A DNA stretch of 64,000 nucleotides. Origin: Nitrospirota bacterium. GTDB taxonomy: Bacteria; Nitrospirota; UBA9217. Made by a program: the position numbers and the translations under genes. The stretch spans positions 928,001 to 992,000 of the forward strand of contig CAWBNQ010000001.1 in the NCBI GenBank assembly GCA_963790205.1. Reading direction: 5' to 3'. This document shows positions 10,606 to 20,388 of this stretch, one piece after another. The first letter of the stretch is position 1, and each line of letters opens with the position of its first letter. The notes beneath the pieces were generated by a model, which saw only the letters and a list, made by a program, of their open reading frames with translations, ran no database searches and was not told the DNA's origin.

Positions 10606-10630
10606 ACCAGTGCGGAGCGGCGAGTGCGGA

Positions 10631-11176
10631 ATGAAAGCGCAAGCCCGCATAGCAGCCGTAAAAACGGCACTCATGCTCATAACGATCGGTAAAGCGGTCA
10701 AACCCTTCGGCGTCAAAGGCGAGATGAAGATCGAGCCCATGACGGATTTCCCGGAACGGTTCAAGGATTTGCGCCGCGTGTATCTGGTCTCTCCCGCGGG
10801 TACAGAGCTTGTCTGCGAGGTCCAATCATTACGGTATGCCGGCGGGGTTCCTTTTCTTCTCTTCAGCGGCTATGATTCGCCGGAGAAGGCAAAGACGCTG
10901 AACGGGTGGTTCCTCAAAGTCCCCGAGGAAGAGTCGGTCCCGCTTCCGGAAGGAAGCTATTACTGGTTCGAACTCGTCGGCATGGAGGTTGTTTCCGAAG
11001 GCGGCGAGAAGCTCGGCACGATCACTGAAGTCTTTGAGACGGGCAGCAACGATGTCTATGTTATGAAGCAGGGCGGGAAAGAGGTATACCTTCCCGCCAC
11101 GAAAGAGATCGTGAAACACATTGACCGGAAGGCGAAACGGATGGTCATCCATCTCGTAGACGGTCTCATGGATTGA
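10631..11176 (+). CDS. rimM: 16S rRNA processing protein RimM (start uncertain, 10631 or 10673)
   Basis: IGKAVKPFGVKGE, YYWFELVGMEV, ETGSNDVYV; position between rpsP and trmD. Confidence 0.93.
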   Translation: MKAQARIAAVKTALMLITIGKAVKPFGVKGEMKIEPMTDFPERFKDLRRVYLVSPAGTELVCEVQSLRYAGGVPFLLFSGYDSPEKAKTLNGWFLKVPEEESVPLPEGSYYWFELVGMEVVSEGGEKLGTITEVFETGSNDVYVMKQGGKEVYLPATKEIVKHIDRKAKRMVIHLVDGLMD

Positions 11177-11199
11177 TATCAGGCTGACGGCACAAGGGC

Positions 11200-11282
11200 A
11201 ATGCAAATTGAAAATTTCAAGGTTTTTCGGCCATTGCCGGATTTTGCATTTTGAACGTTGCGCTTTTCACTTTTTGCATTTT
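11200..11282 (+). repeat. degenerate 7-nt-unit palindrome
   Basis: aatgcaaattgaaaatttcaa...ttttgcattttgaacgttgcgcttttcactttttgcattt between rimM and trmD. Confidence 0.55.
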
Positions 11283-11314
11283 ATTCTTCGGTTCTTCGTG
11301 ATGCGGTCTGAGCT

Positions 11315-12055
11315 ATGAGAACATTGAACTTCGATGTGCTCACCCTGTTCCCGGGTATGCTTGAGGGACCGCTGAACGAGAGCATCCTCAAGCGCGGCCG
11401 GGAAAAAGGGCTCTTGAACGTAACGGTCCGGAACATCCGGGACTATACGGAAGACAAACACAAGACCGCCGACGACAGTCCCTACGGAGGCGGCGCGGGC
11501 ATGGTGCTCAAGCCCGAACCGATCTTCAAAGCGTTCGAGACGTTGAAAACCGAGCGTCCCGGAGAAGAGCTTCTGGCGATCCTGCTTTCCCCCCAGGGAA
11601 GGCTTTTTCATCAGCGTCGGGCGGAAGAGCTTTCCGAGGAAAAGCGAAGGATTGTTCTGCTCTGCGGCCACTACGAGGCCATCGATGAGCGCGTCATCGA
11701 TACGCTCGTGGATGAAGAGCTCTCGATCGGCGACTATGTGCTTACCGGCGGGGAGCTGGCGGCACTGGTCGTGATCGATGCCGTAACCCGGCTTCTGCCG
11801 GGAGTCCTGGGTGATGAGGAGTCGGCCTATCGCGATTCTTTCGGCGACGGGTTGCTCGACCATCCGCATTATACGCGGCCTGCCGAGTTCCGGGGCATGA
11901 AGGTGCCGGACGTTCTGCTTTCCGGGAACCACGCGGAGATCGAGAAGTGGCGGCGGCGCGAGGCGCTCAAGGCAACGCTGGGAAAGAGACCGGAGCTTCT
12001 CGAAACCGCGGACTTGGCCGATGAGGACCGGAAGATACTGGAAGAGCTGAAATGA
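11315..12055 (+). CDS. trmD: tRNA (guanine-N1)-methyltransferase TrmD
   Basis: DDSPYGGGAGMVLK, LLSPQGR, CGHYEAIDER, SIGDYVLTGGE, VPDVLLSGNH. Confidence 0.98.
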   Translation: MRTLNFDVLTLFPGMLEGPLNESILKRGREKGLLNVTVRNIRDYTEDKHKTADDSPYGGGAGMVLKPEPIFKAFETLKTERPGEELLAILLSPQGRLFHQRRAEELSEEKRRIVLLCGHYEAIDERVIDTLVDEELSIGDYVLTGGELAALVVIDAVTRLLPGVLGDEESAYRDSFGDGLLDHPHYTRPAEFRGMKVPDVLLSGNHAEIEKWRRREALKATLGKRPELLETADLADEDRKILEELK

Positions 12056-12070
12056 GAGATGAACAAAACA

Positions 12071-12193
12071 TAAGCACCAATAGTCAAGCACCAAATGACA
12101 AATAAGTTCCAAATTCCAAATTCAAATGGTTGGTAATTTGGTCATTGTGTTTTTTGGATTTATTTGAGATTTGGGATTTGTAATTTGGAATTT
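12071..12193 (+). repeat. heptamer-unit palindrome, copy B
   Basis: taagcaccaatagtcaagcaccaaatgacaaataagttccaaattccaaa...atttgagatttgggatttgtaatttggaattt; same family as copy A. Confidence 0.85.
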
Positions 12194-12215
12194 ATTCAGT
12201 AACGGGAGGTTTGCA

Positions 12216-12611
12216 ATGAACATCATACAATCGTTGGAAAAGGCGCAGTTGAAAGAAGGGATTCCGAGCTTCCGCGTGGGCGACACCGTCCGCGTTCATG
12301 CGAAGGTCGTCGAAGGCGACAAGGAAAGGATCCAGGTCTACGAAGGCGTGGTGATCGGCCGCCAGGGCGAAGGCGCGCGCGAAGTCATCCGGGTCCGGAA
12401 ACTCTCCTACGGCGTGGGCGTTGAGAGGCTCTTTCCGCTCCACTCGCCGATGATCGACAAGATCGAGCTTGCCAAACAGGGCAAGGTCCGGAGAGCGAAG
12501 CTGTACTTCCTCAGAGAGCTGCGCGGCAAGGCCGCCAGGATCAAAGAGAAGGAGCGCGCCCTGGCATCGGTAGCCGGCGCAACCCAGGCGGACGCAGCGG
12601 AACAGAAGTAG
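12216..12611 (+). CDS. rplS: 50S ribosomal protein L19
   Basis: [59 protein letters not shown]. Confidence 0.98.
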   Translation: MNIIQSLEKAQLKEGIPSFRVGDTVRVHAKVVEGDKERIQVYEGVVIGRQGEGAREVIRVRKLSYGVGVERLFPLHSPMIDKIELAKQGKVRRAKLYFLRELRGKAARIKEKERALASVAGATQADAAEQK

Positions 12612-12617
12612 CCGGAC

Positions 12618-12706
12618 AAGCTCGAAGCACGAAGCTCGAAATCCTAAACAGGTGTACGGCCGGAACCGTCTTTGTTTAGGATTTCGTGTTTAGAAATTCG
12701 AATTTA
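12618..12706 (+). repeat. heptamer-unit palindrome, variant D (aagctcg/aagcacg units)
   Basis: aagctcgaagcacgaagctcgaaatcctaaaca...tgtttaggatttcgtgtttagaaattcgaattt. Confidence 0.75.
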
Positions 12707-12724
12707 CCTTCGATAGAGGTCCCT

Positions 12725-13414
12725 ATGCCCCGTGGCCGGTCCCGCCCGGGGGCGCATCCAGCCAAGACCGGCGACCTGTTCGGCAGCGAGCTGAAGTGCG
12801 ATCCCCTGTTCTTCGAAGCCCGCGCGCGCGCGTCCGGCTTCACCTGCATCGCGGGATTGGACGAGGCCGGCAGGGGACCGCTGGCCGGACCGGTGGTGGC
12901 CGCCGCCGTGGTGCTTCCGGAGGGCCTTCTGATCCCGGGGCTCACCGATTCCAAGCAGGTTCCGGAGCAGGAGCGGGAACGCCTCTTCGTTGTTATACAG
13001 GAACAAGCGGTCTGTTACGGCATCGGCGTTGTTGACGAGCAAACGATCGACGAGGTGAACATCCTTCAGGCGACGATCATCGCCATGGAACGGGCCCTCG
13101 CACCTCTCGATCCCCGGCCTGATTACCTGCTGCTCGATGCGATCACCCTTCCGCGCATCCCGCTTCCGCAGAACCCTCTCATTAAAGGCGATAGCCGCAG
13201 TCACAGCATTTCAGCGGCCTCGATCCTCGCCAAGGTGACCCGGGACCGGTTGATGCTGAAACTCCACGAGAAATATCCCCAATACAATTTTCGGAAACAT
13301 AAAGGGTACGGGACCAGCGAGCACCTTGCCCTGCTGCGGGAGCATGGGCCCTGCGACGCGCACCGGAAGACCTTTAATCCCGTTGCACGGATGCTGCGAG
13401 GCGGGGTTCGATGA
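12725..13414 (+). CDS. rnhB: ribonuclease HII
   Basis: AGLDEAGRGPLAGPVVAAAV, DSKQV, IKGDSRS..ISAASILAKVTRD, HKGYGT. Confidence 0.97.
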   Translation: MPRGRSRPGAHPAKTGDLFGSELKCDPLFFEARARASGFTCIAGLDEAGRGPLAGPVVAAAVVLPEGLLIPGLTDSKQVPEQERERLFVVIQEQAVCYGIGVVDEQTIDEVNILQATIIAMERALAPLDPRPDYLLLDAITLPRIPLPQNPLIKGDSRSHSISAASILAKVTRDRLMLKLHEKYPQYNFRKHKGYGTSEHLALLREHGPCDAHRKTFNPVARMLRGGVR

Positions 13415-13785
13415 GCCTCTTCAAAAAAAAGCTCGGGAGGGAGGGCGAGGACCGTGCCGCACAGTTTTTGGCCAAGCAAGGCTATAAAATCCTGGAACGG
13501 AATTACAGCACCCGCAGCGGCGAGATCGACCTCGTTGCCTTGCACAACGGGGAAGTGGTCTTCGTCGAGGTGAAAACAAGATCGAGCGATGCCTACGGCG
13601 CGCCGGAGCTTGCGGTCAATCCGCAAAAACAACGACGGATGGTCAAGGCGGCGCTCGGCTATATCAAATATAAAAAGCTTCACCAGATGCCGTGCCGGTT
13701 CGACGTGGTGGCCATCACCGCCGCGGCCGAGAACGGGGTGGAACTCATTCAGAACGCGTTCGAGATAGACCGGACGAATCTTTAG
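13411..13785 (+). CDS. yraN: YraN family (UPF0102) putative endonuclease
   Basis: GREGED, ILERNY, GEIDLVA, VFVEVKTR, CRFDVV; ATGA overlap with rnhB. Confidence 0.93.
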   Translation: MSLFKKKLGREGEDRAAQFLAKQGYKILERNYSTRSGEIDLVALHNGEVVFVEVKTRSSDAYGAPELAVNPQKQRRMVKAALGYIKYKKLHQMPCRFDVVAITAAAENGVELIQNAFEIDRTNL

Positions 13786-13925
13786 TACGGCAAACGTTAA
13801 ATAACAGTCCATTCCAATTATCAGAATCAAATTTCAAACAATCGGAATTGATCATCGCAGAGTGACTAAAAAGTAGGTTTTTGTCAGCATTCGTCCTATG
13901 AAATGTGATGCAATCATATTTTGCA

Positions 13926-13955
13926 TTGTCAAAGCCGCCATGATCGTGGTATAGT
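13926..13955 (+). promoter_or_regulatory. promoter of hicBA, leaderless geometry
   Basis: TTGTCA-18 nt-(TGG)TATAGT-7 nt-ATG(13963). Confidence 0.6.
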
Positions 13956-13962
13956 GTTTCTT

Positions 13963-14196
13963 ATGGAAACAACGCTTACCTACAGAATAATGCTTCGACC
14001 TGAACCGGAGGGCGGTTATACGGTCATTGTGCCCACTCTTCCCGGATGCGTGACCTATGGCGCAACAAAGGAAGAAGCGAACAGAATGGCGGAAGACGCC
14101 ATACGGGCTTATCTCGAAAGTATGAAAAAGCACGGCGAGGAGATTGTGGACGATTCCGAAACCGACGAAAGCTTTATCAACTTGAAATATGCCTAA
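13963..14196 (+). CDS. hicB: HicB family antitoxin (short, no DNA-binding domain)
   Basis: PEPEGGYTVIVPTLPGCVTYGATKEEANRMAEDAIRAYL. Confidence 0.92.
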   Translation: METTLTYRIMLRPEPEGGYTVIVPTLPGCVTYGATKEEANRMAEDAIRAYLESMKKHGEEIVDDSETDESFINLKYA

Positions 14197-14392
14197 ACTG
14201 TCCGTGCTTACGTCAGAAGGGGTCATAAAACTCCTTTTGGAAAATGGCTTCGAACTTGATCATCAAACAGGCAGTCATAAAGTCTATTACAATCCGTCAA
14301 CGAAGAAAAGAGCTGTGGTGCCTTACCACAAAAGAGACCTCCCCAAAGGAACCTTGTCGTCTATCCTCAAACAGGCAGGTTTGAGGGACTGA
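14189..14392 (+). CDS. hicA: HicA family mRNA interferase toxin
   Basis: LLENGFELDHQTGSHKVY, VVPYHKRDLPKGTLSSILKQAGL; overlaps the hicB stop. Confidence 0.93.
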   Translation: MPKLSVLTSEGVIKLLLENGFELDHQTGSHKVYYNPSTKKRAVVPYHKRDLPKGTLSSILKQAGLRD

Positions 14393-14431
14393 TTAAACTC
14401 CCTCGCGCTCTCTTGTGTATTCTCCTGCATT

Positions 14432-15757
14432 ATGAAACCGGTAGTGGCAAAGAAAACGTATAAAATAGGAATGGTCAGCCTGGGGTGCCCTAAGAACCAG
14501 GTGGATGCCGAGCAGATGCTCGGTGTGCTTTCGAGCTCGGGTTTCGAGATCACCCCGGACCAGGGCGAAGCGGACGTGATCGTGGTGAATACCTGCGGGT
14601 TCATCGAGTCCGCCAAGGAAGAATCCATAGAAGCGATCCTTGACGCGGCGAAGATGAAGGGCCGGGGCCGCCGCGCAAAGGTAATTGTGACGGGCTGCCT
14701 GGCCCAGCGGTATAAGGGCGAGCTCCTGAAAGAGCTTCCCGAGGCCGACGCCGTGATCGGCACGGGCGAGATCGCACGCATCGGAGAAATCTGCGAGCGT
14801 GCGCTGTCGGGCGCGGAACGCATGCTGGATGTTTCAGCGCCGGCCCTGGTCTACGGCCTCCCCCGGGTGAGCACGACGCCCCGTCATTACCGCTATCTCA
14901 AGATCGCTGAAGGATGCAGCAACCGATGCTCATACTGCGCGATCCCGATCATCCGCGGGAATTTCAAGAGCAGGCCCTATGAATCGATCCTTGAAGAAGC
15001 GCGCAGGCTCGCTGGCGAGGGCGCAAAGGAACTCATCCTTCTGGCCCAGGATTCTACGGCGTACCGTGACGGCGAGGCCGACCTTCCCCTGCTTCTGAAG
15101 GCGCTGACGCGGCTCCGCGGTATCGAGTGGGTGCGCCTCATGTATGCCTACCCCGGCAGGATCAGCGAGACGCTCATGGCCGTCATGGCGGAAGAAGAAA
15201 AGATCTGCAAGTATCTTGACATTCCGATCCAGCATTTCGACGACAAGGTGCTCAAAGCAATGAACCGGCGCGGGACGTCTGAAGATATCAGGAAGACCAT
15301 CGAACAGCTGCGAAAACGCGTGCCCGGCATTGCGCTTCGCACGTCGCTCATCGTCGGGTTCCCCGGAGAGACCGAAGCGGCGTTCAAGAGGATGCTCTCG
15401 TTCATTCAAGAAACGGAATTCGAACACCTCGGCGTTTTTCCCTATTCCGCGGAAGAGGGGACGGCGGCATGCGGGCTCAAAGCGCTGGTCCCGGCCGAAA
15501 CCGCAGCCGACCGGCTGGACCGCATCATGAAGGCCCAGGCAAAGATCTCGCTCAGGAAGAACCGCGCGCTCATCGGGTCGCAGCAGCGCGTGCTGATCGA
15601 CGGCATGGAGGACCTGGCCTTGATCGGCAGGCTCCAGGCGCAGGCGCCGGAGATCGACGGCGTGGTGTATCTTTCCGAGACCGAGGCGGAGTCCGGGGAA
15701 TTCGTGGACGTGACGATCACCGATGCGACGGAGTATGACCTGATGGGGAAGGTATAA
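14432..15757 (+). CDS. rimO: ribosomal protein S12 methylthiotransferase RimO
   Basis: SLGCPKNQVD, VNTCGFIESAKEESI, KIAEGCSNRCSYCAIP (CxxxCxxC), APEIDG, TRAM domain. Confidence 0.96.
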   Translation: MKPVVAKKTYKIGMVSLGCPKNQVDAEQMLGVLSSSGFEITPDQGEADVIVVNTCGFIESAKEESIEAILDAAKMKGRGRRAKVIVTGCLAQRYKGELLKELPEADAVIGTGEIARIGEICERALSGAERMLDVSAPALVYGLPRVSTTPRHYRYLKIAEGCSNRCSYCAIPIIRGNFKSRPYESILEEARRLAGEGAKELILLAQDSTAYRDGEADLPLLLKALTRLRGIEWVRLMYAYPGRISETLMAVMAEEEKICKYLDIPIQHFDDKVLKAMNRRGTSEDIRKTIEQLRKRVPGIALRTSLIVGFPGETEAAFKRMLSFIQETEFEHLGVFPYSAEEGTAACGLKALVPAETAADRLDRIMKAQAKISLRKNRALIGSQQRVLIDGMEDLALIGRLQAQAPEIDGVVYLSETEAESGEFVDVTITDATEYDLMGKV

Positions 15758-15761
15758 GAAG

Positions 15762-15892
15762 TAAGCACCAAATTTCAAGAACCAAATAACAAATAAGCTC
15801 CAAGCACCAATAACGAAATTCAAAGCGTTTCGGTACTTGTGATTTTGAATTTGGATATTATTTGAAATCTGTTATTTGTAATTTGGAATTTT
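15762..15892 (+). repeat. heptamer-unit palindrome, copy C
   Basis: taagcaccaaatttcaagaaccaaataacaaataagctccaagcaccaa...ttatttgaaatctgttatttgtaatttggaatttt. Confidence 0.85.
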
Positions 15893-15910
15893 CTCAAGGA
15901 AGGGACTTTT

Positions 15911-17122
15911 ATGGATATCGACAACCACGCAACGGAAGAAGCAAACAGCGAAGAGAACTTCGCGGAAATGTTCGAGAAGAGCTTCAAAAAGCAGGGACGG
16001 CTCGAGCCGGGCCAGATGGTCGAGGCGATGATCGTCAAGATCTCGGGAGAATGGATCTTCCTCGATCTCGGCGGAAAGGGAGAGGGCTATCTCGACCGGA
16101 AAGAGCTGGCCGACGAGTCGGGGACGCTGACCGTGAAAGAGGGCGACACGGTCCGCGCCTACTTCGCGTCTTCGGAAAACAACGAGATGCATTTTACGAC
16201 CAAGATCGGATCGGGCCCCGGGAAACAGACGCAGATCGAAGACGCCTGGAACAACGGGATCCCGGTCGACGGCACGGTGGTGAAGGAAATGAAGGGCGGG
16301 TTCGAGATCAAGATCGGCGGCAGCGTGCGCGCCTTCTGCCCCTTTTCCCAGATGGGAACCCGGCGGGAGGAGCAGCCGTCCGAGTATATCGGACGGTCCC
16401 TGACCTTCAAGATCATCGAGTACGGCGAGAACGGCAGGAACATCGTTCTTTCGCGGAGGCCCATTCTCGATGAAGAAAAGAGGAACAAAAAAGAAGCATT
16501 GAAAGAAACGCTCAAAGAGGGGATGAAGGTCAGGGGAAAAGTGACCTCTCTTCAGAAATTCGGCGCTTTCGTGGATATCGGCGGCGTCGAGGGCCTGCTT
16601 CCCATCTCCGAGATCGCCTGGACCAGGACCGAGAAGGTGGGCGACATCCTCTCCGTGGGGCAGGAAGTCGAAGTGATCATCAAGAAGATTGATTGGGAGC
16701 ATGACCGGTTTTCCTTCAGCCTGAAGGACGCCCTGCCCGATCCGTGGGCCAGCGCTGCGGAGATTTTTTCGGTCGGTTCCTATCACATGGGGACCGTTTC
16801 CCGCCTTGCTCCCTTCGGCGCCTTCGTAACGCTGAAGGAAGGAGTGGACGGCCTTATCCATATTTCCAAACTGGGCGCAGGCCGGCGGATCAATCATCCG
16901 CGCGAGGTCGTCAAAGAGGGTCAGACCGTCGAGGTGCAGGTGGAAGCTGTTGACCCGGCGAACAGAAAGCTTTCGCTCTCGCTGGCCGAGATCAGCCGTG
17001 CAGAGGAAGAGGAAGCCGCCACGCTGAAGGAGTATAAGCAGCAAGCGGCATCAGAGCCCAAGAACATGGGCACCCTGGGTGATCTTCTGAAGGCAAAGGG
17101 CGGGGATAAAGAGGAAAAATAG
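15911..17122 (+). CDS. rpsA: 30S ribosomal protein S1-like protein (four S1 domains)
   Basis: LDLGGKGEG, AFCPFSQM, FGAFVDIGGVEGLLPISEI, FGAFVTLKEGVDGLIHISKL; ends GTLGDLL. Confidence 0.85.
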   Translation: MDIDNHATEEANSEENFAEMFEKSFKKQGRLEPGQMVEAMIVKISGEWIFLDLGGKGEGYLDRKELADESGTLTVKEGDTVRAYFASSENNEMHFTTKIGSGPGKQTQIEDAWNNGIPVDGTVVKEMKGGFEIKIGGSVRAFCPFSQMGTRREEQPSEYIGRSLTFKIIEYGENGRNIVLSRRPILDEEKRNKKEALKETLKEGMKVRGKVTSLQKFGAFVDIGGVEGLLPISEIAWTRTEKVGDILSVGQEVEVIIKKIDWEHDRFSFSLKDALPDPWASAAEIFSVGSYHMGTVSRLAPFGAFVTLKEGVDGLIHISKLGAGRRINHPREVVKEGQTVEVQVEAVDPANRKLSLSLAEISRAEEEEAATLKEYKQQAASEPKNMGTLGDLLKAKGGDKEEK

Positions 17123-17295
17123 CTCAGCTCGGCGATGACATGCCGATCGGATCTAGCAATCATTCAGGCTCCCTCCTCGTTCTTTATAAAAAGGATTAAC
17201 ACCTTATCCGTCAGACGGATCTACTCTCCCCCCGCGATCATGAAAAATCACGGTTAGCTCCTTCGGTCTTAACAATTCATGATAGACTTATTGCC

Positions 17296-20238
17296 ATGGA
17301 CAGAGATGCCGAGATAGAGGCAAAGACCCGGGAGGCGGGACGGGAGATCCATGCCGCGATGAGCGGCGCCCCTCCGGCGTTCGACTCCGCGAGGTGGCTC
17401 GGTCGCATCATGGACTGGGCCATTAAGAACGACGACTTCAAGCTGAGGCTCTTCCGTTTTATCGATGTCCTGCCTTCGCTCAAGACCGACGAACTGACCG
17501 TCAGAATCCTGCATGAATATTTCTCCGGCGAAACTGAGATCCCCAAGATCATTAGCAGCGGCATCGGAATGCTCTCGAAGGCAGGCCTTATCCCGCACCT
17601 GGCCGTTCCGCTGATACGAAAAAGCGTCGAATCCGTTGCCCGTGAGTTCATCGCGGGGAAGGGCGCCGAAGATGCCCTGGCAGCGCTCGACGATCTCCGA
17701 AAAGACGGGACCGATTTCAGCATCGACCTTCTGGGCGAGGTCGTGGTGAGCGAGAAGGAGGCCCGCATGTACGCCGGCCGCTACCACTCGCTTCTCGATG
17801 TGCTTCGTGCACGGTTCTCCACCGGGGCCCGCCCCGATGTTTCGATCAAGGTTTCTTCCTTTTATTCCCAGCTCGATCCCATTGACTGGTCAGGCTCGAT
17901 CGAAAAGGCCACGGAAGGGCTGCATCCGCTCTTCCGAAAAGCGAAGGACCTCGGGATCTCGATCACCTTCGACATGGAACACTACTACTATAAAGGGCTC
18001 ATTATTGCAATCCTGAAAAACCTCCTCGAGAAAGAGGAATTCCGGGAATTCCCGTCCATCGGCATTGCGCTTCAAGCGTATTTGAAAGACACGGCAAACG
18101 ATGTCACGGAATTGATAGACTGGGCGCGAGCACAAGGGAGGAGGATCGCCATCCGCCTCGTAAAAGGCGCCTACTGGGACTACGAGGTCGTCGTGAACCG
18201 CCAGAAGGGGTGGCCGGAGCCTGTGTTCCTGAACAAGGAAGAAACAGACGGCTCCTTTGAACGGCTCACGAGGTTTCTCTTCGAGAATATCGACACGGTC
18301 CGTCCGGCCATTGCATCGCATAATCTTCGAAGTATCAGCCACGCGATCGCCTGTGCCGAGGCCCTGAACGTTCCGAAAGAATCATTCGAATTCCAGATGC
18401 TCTATGGCATGGCCGAGCCGCTCCGCAAGGCAGTGCGTGAGCGCGGCTTCAACGTGAGAGTATACGCCCCGGTGGGAGATTTGATCCCGGGTATGGCCTA
18501 TCTCGTCAGAAGGCTCCTCGAAAATACCTCGAACGAATCATTCCTCAGAAAATCCTTCGGTGAGCAGTTGCCCCTTGAAGAGCTGATCGAGGCGCCGCAG
18601 GCGGGCAGGGTGTCCTCCGGCGAAGGTGCTGTCGACGCGCAGTTCCGGAACGAACCCCTTCTTGATTTTTCGATAGCCCGAAACCGTCATGACATGGAGC
18701 AGGCGCTTCGGGCGGTCAAAGAGCGCAGGGACAGGAAATACCCGCTTTACATCGGCGAGCGCGAGGTCACGACGGAAAGAGACATCGTCCCTCGTAATCC
18801 CGCCCGTCCACGTGAGATCATCGGCCGGGTGTCGTCCGCGTCGAAAAAAGAGGCTGATGCCGCGATCGAGGGAGCGCTCAGGGCCCGTGAACCATGGCGA
18901 AAGACGACCCCGGAAAAGCGGGCCGACTATCTCCTAAGAGCCGCACACGAGATGAGAAAAAAGCGCATCGAGCTTGCGGCGCACGAGGTCATGGAGGTCG
19001 GCAAAACATGGAAAGATGCCGACGGAGACGTTTGCGAGGCGATCGATTATCTTGAATATTACGGCCGCGAGATGCTGAGGCTCGGAGTTCCCGCGGCTCT
19101 CGGAAGCTACCCGGGCGAGGAAAACGAATATCGCTATGAACCAAGGGGTATCGGCGTCGTCATTTCCCCGTGGAATTTCCCTCTTGCAATCGCGACGGGA
19201 ATGACCTCCGCGGCGATCGTGACCGGGAACTGCGTGATCTTTAAGCCCTCGGGGCTCTCTCCAATCATCGGACACAGGCTCTGCGAAATTTTCAAGTCAG
19301 CCGGGCTCCCTGCCGGAGTATTCCAATTTCTTCCGGGACCGGGAAGCGAGACCGGGGAATATCTCGTTTCCCATCCATCCGTAGATTTCATAGCCTTTAC
19401 CGGTTCAAAGGAGATGGGTCTCAGGATCGTACAGCGTGCGGGCGAGACCGTGGAGGGACAGCGGAACGTCAAAAAAGTCATCGCAGAGATGGGCGGAAAG
19501 AACGCTATCATCGTGGACGAGACAGCCGACCTCGACGAAGCCGTAAAAAGCATCGTGGAATCGGCATTCGGGTACCAGGGTCAGAAGTGTTCCGCCTGTT
19601 CGCGGGTGATCGTTGTCGGCGATATATTCCAAGATCTTTGTGACCGGCTTGCTGAAGCGGCCAAAAGCATCAGGATCGGCCCGCCGGAAGAGCCTGGAAC
19701 GGTCCTGGGGCCGGTCATTGACGAGGTTGCAATGAAAAAGATCAGGACATATATCGGGATCGGGAAAAAGGAAGGCGCGGTGATCCTCGAAAGGAATGCT
19801 GCAACAGAAGAAGGATGCTTCGTCGGCCCGGTCATATTCGTTGACGTGAAGCCCGGGTCCCGTATCGCAACCGATGAGATTTTCGGGCCTGTGCTTACGA
19901 TCACGAGGGCAAAGGGCATCGACGAGGCCATCGGCCTGGCGAACAGCAGTATCTACGCACTGACCGGAGGCCTTTTCTCGCGTAGTCCCGCCAACATCCA
20001 AAGAGTGAAAGAGGATTTCCGCGCAGGCAACCTTTATATCAACAGGAAAATCACCGGCGCTCTCGTCGGCAGGCAACCGTTTGGCGGTTTCGGCATGTCG
20101 GGGACCGGGTCAAAAGCAGGGGGGCCGGATTATCTTCTTCAGTTCATGAATCCCGTCAGCATCGGCGAAAACACCATGAGGAGGGGATTCGCGCCGCTCA
20201 AGAAGGCTGGTATGTCACCGGTTATACGATGGAAATGA
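17296..20238 (+). CDS. putA: bifunctional proline dehydrogenase / P5C dehydrogenase PutA
   Basis: LFRFIDVLP, IRLVKGAYWDYE, FQMLYGM, AYLVRRLLENTSNESFL; ALDH motifs PWNFP, FTGS, EMGGKN, GQKCSAC, EIFGP. Confidence 0.97.
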   Translation: MDRDAEIEAKTREAGREIHAAMSGAPPAFDSARWLGRIMDWAIKNDDFKLRLFRFIDVLPSLKTDELTVRILHEYFSGETEIPKIISSGIGMLSKAGLIPHLAVPLIRKSVESVAREFIAGKGAEDALAALDDLRKDGTDFSIDLLGEVVVSEKEARMYAGRYHSLLDVLRARFSTGARPDVSIKVSSFYSQLDPIDWSGSIEKATEGLHPLFRKAKDLGISITFDMEHYYYKGLIIAILKNLLEKEEFREFPSIGIALQAYLKDTANDVTELIDWARAQGRRIAIRLVKGAYWDYEVVVNRQKGWPEPVFLNKEETDGSFERLTRFLFENIDTVRPAIASHNLRSISHAIACAEALNVPKESFEFQMLYGMAEPLRKAVRERGFNVRVYAPVGDLIPGMAYLVRRLLENTSNESFLRKSFGEQLPLEELIEAPQAGRVSSGEGAVDAQFRNEPLLDFSIARNRHDMEQALRAVKERRDRKYPLYIGEREVTTERDIVPRNPARPREIIGRVSSASKKEADAAIEGALRAREPWRKTTPEKRADYLLRAAHEMRKKRIELAAHEVMEVGKTWKDADGDVCEAIDYLEYYGREMLRLGVPAALGSYPGEENEYRYEPRGIGVVISPWNFPLAIATGMTSAAIVTGNCVIFKPSGLSPIIGHRLCEIFKSAGLPAGVFQFLPGPGSETGEYLVSHPSVDFIAFTGSKEMGLRIVQRAGETVEGQRNVKKVIAEMGGKNAIIVDETADLDEAVKSIVESAFGYQGQKCSACSRVIVVGDIFQDLCDRLAEAAKSIRIGPPEEPGTVLGPVIDEVAMKKIRTYIGIGKKEGAVILERNAATEEGCFVGPVIFVDVKPGSRIATDEIFGPVLTITRAKGIDEAIGLANSSIYALTGGLFSRSPANIQRVKEDFRAGNLYINRKITGALVGRQPFGGFGMSGTGSKAGGPDYLLQFMNPVSIGENTMRRGFAPLKKAGMSPVIRWK

Positions 20239-20253
20239 AAGGCAGGTCTTTTT

Positions 20254-20388
20254 CTATGGCATAATGTTTGGAACATCACTACCCAATAGGACCAAGACTT
20301 TCATAGATTCCTCCTTTTTGGCTGCAACAAGGTCTTTGATTTCCACCACGTTGTTGTGGCCGTACCTGTTAATAAGCACTGCTTTCAT
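20254..20388 (-). pseudogene. deletion scar joining the 5' ends of two oxidoreductase genes
   Basis: AGGAGG+MKAVLINRYGHNNVVEIKD (MDR/quinone-oxidoreductase-like N-terminus), then AAGGAGG+MKVLVLLGS (flavodoxin/FMN-reductase-like N-terminus), then a stop. Confidence 0.6.

Noticed and set aside
10183..15892. CRISPR array interpretation of the intergenic repeats
   Set aside because: Units are about 7 nt, degenerate and contiguous, with no unique spacers and no cas genes.
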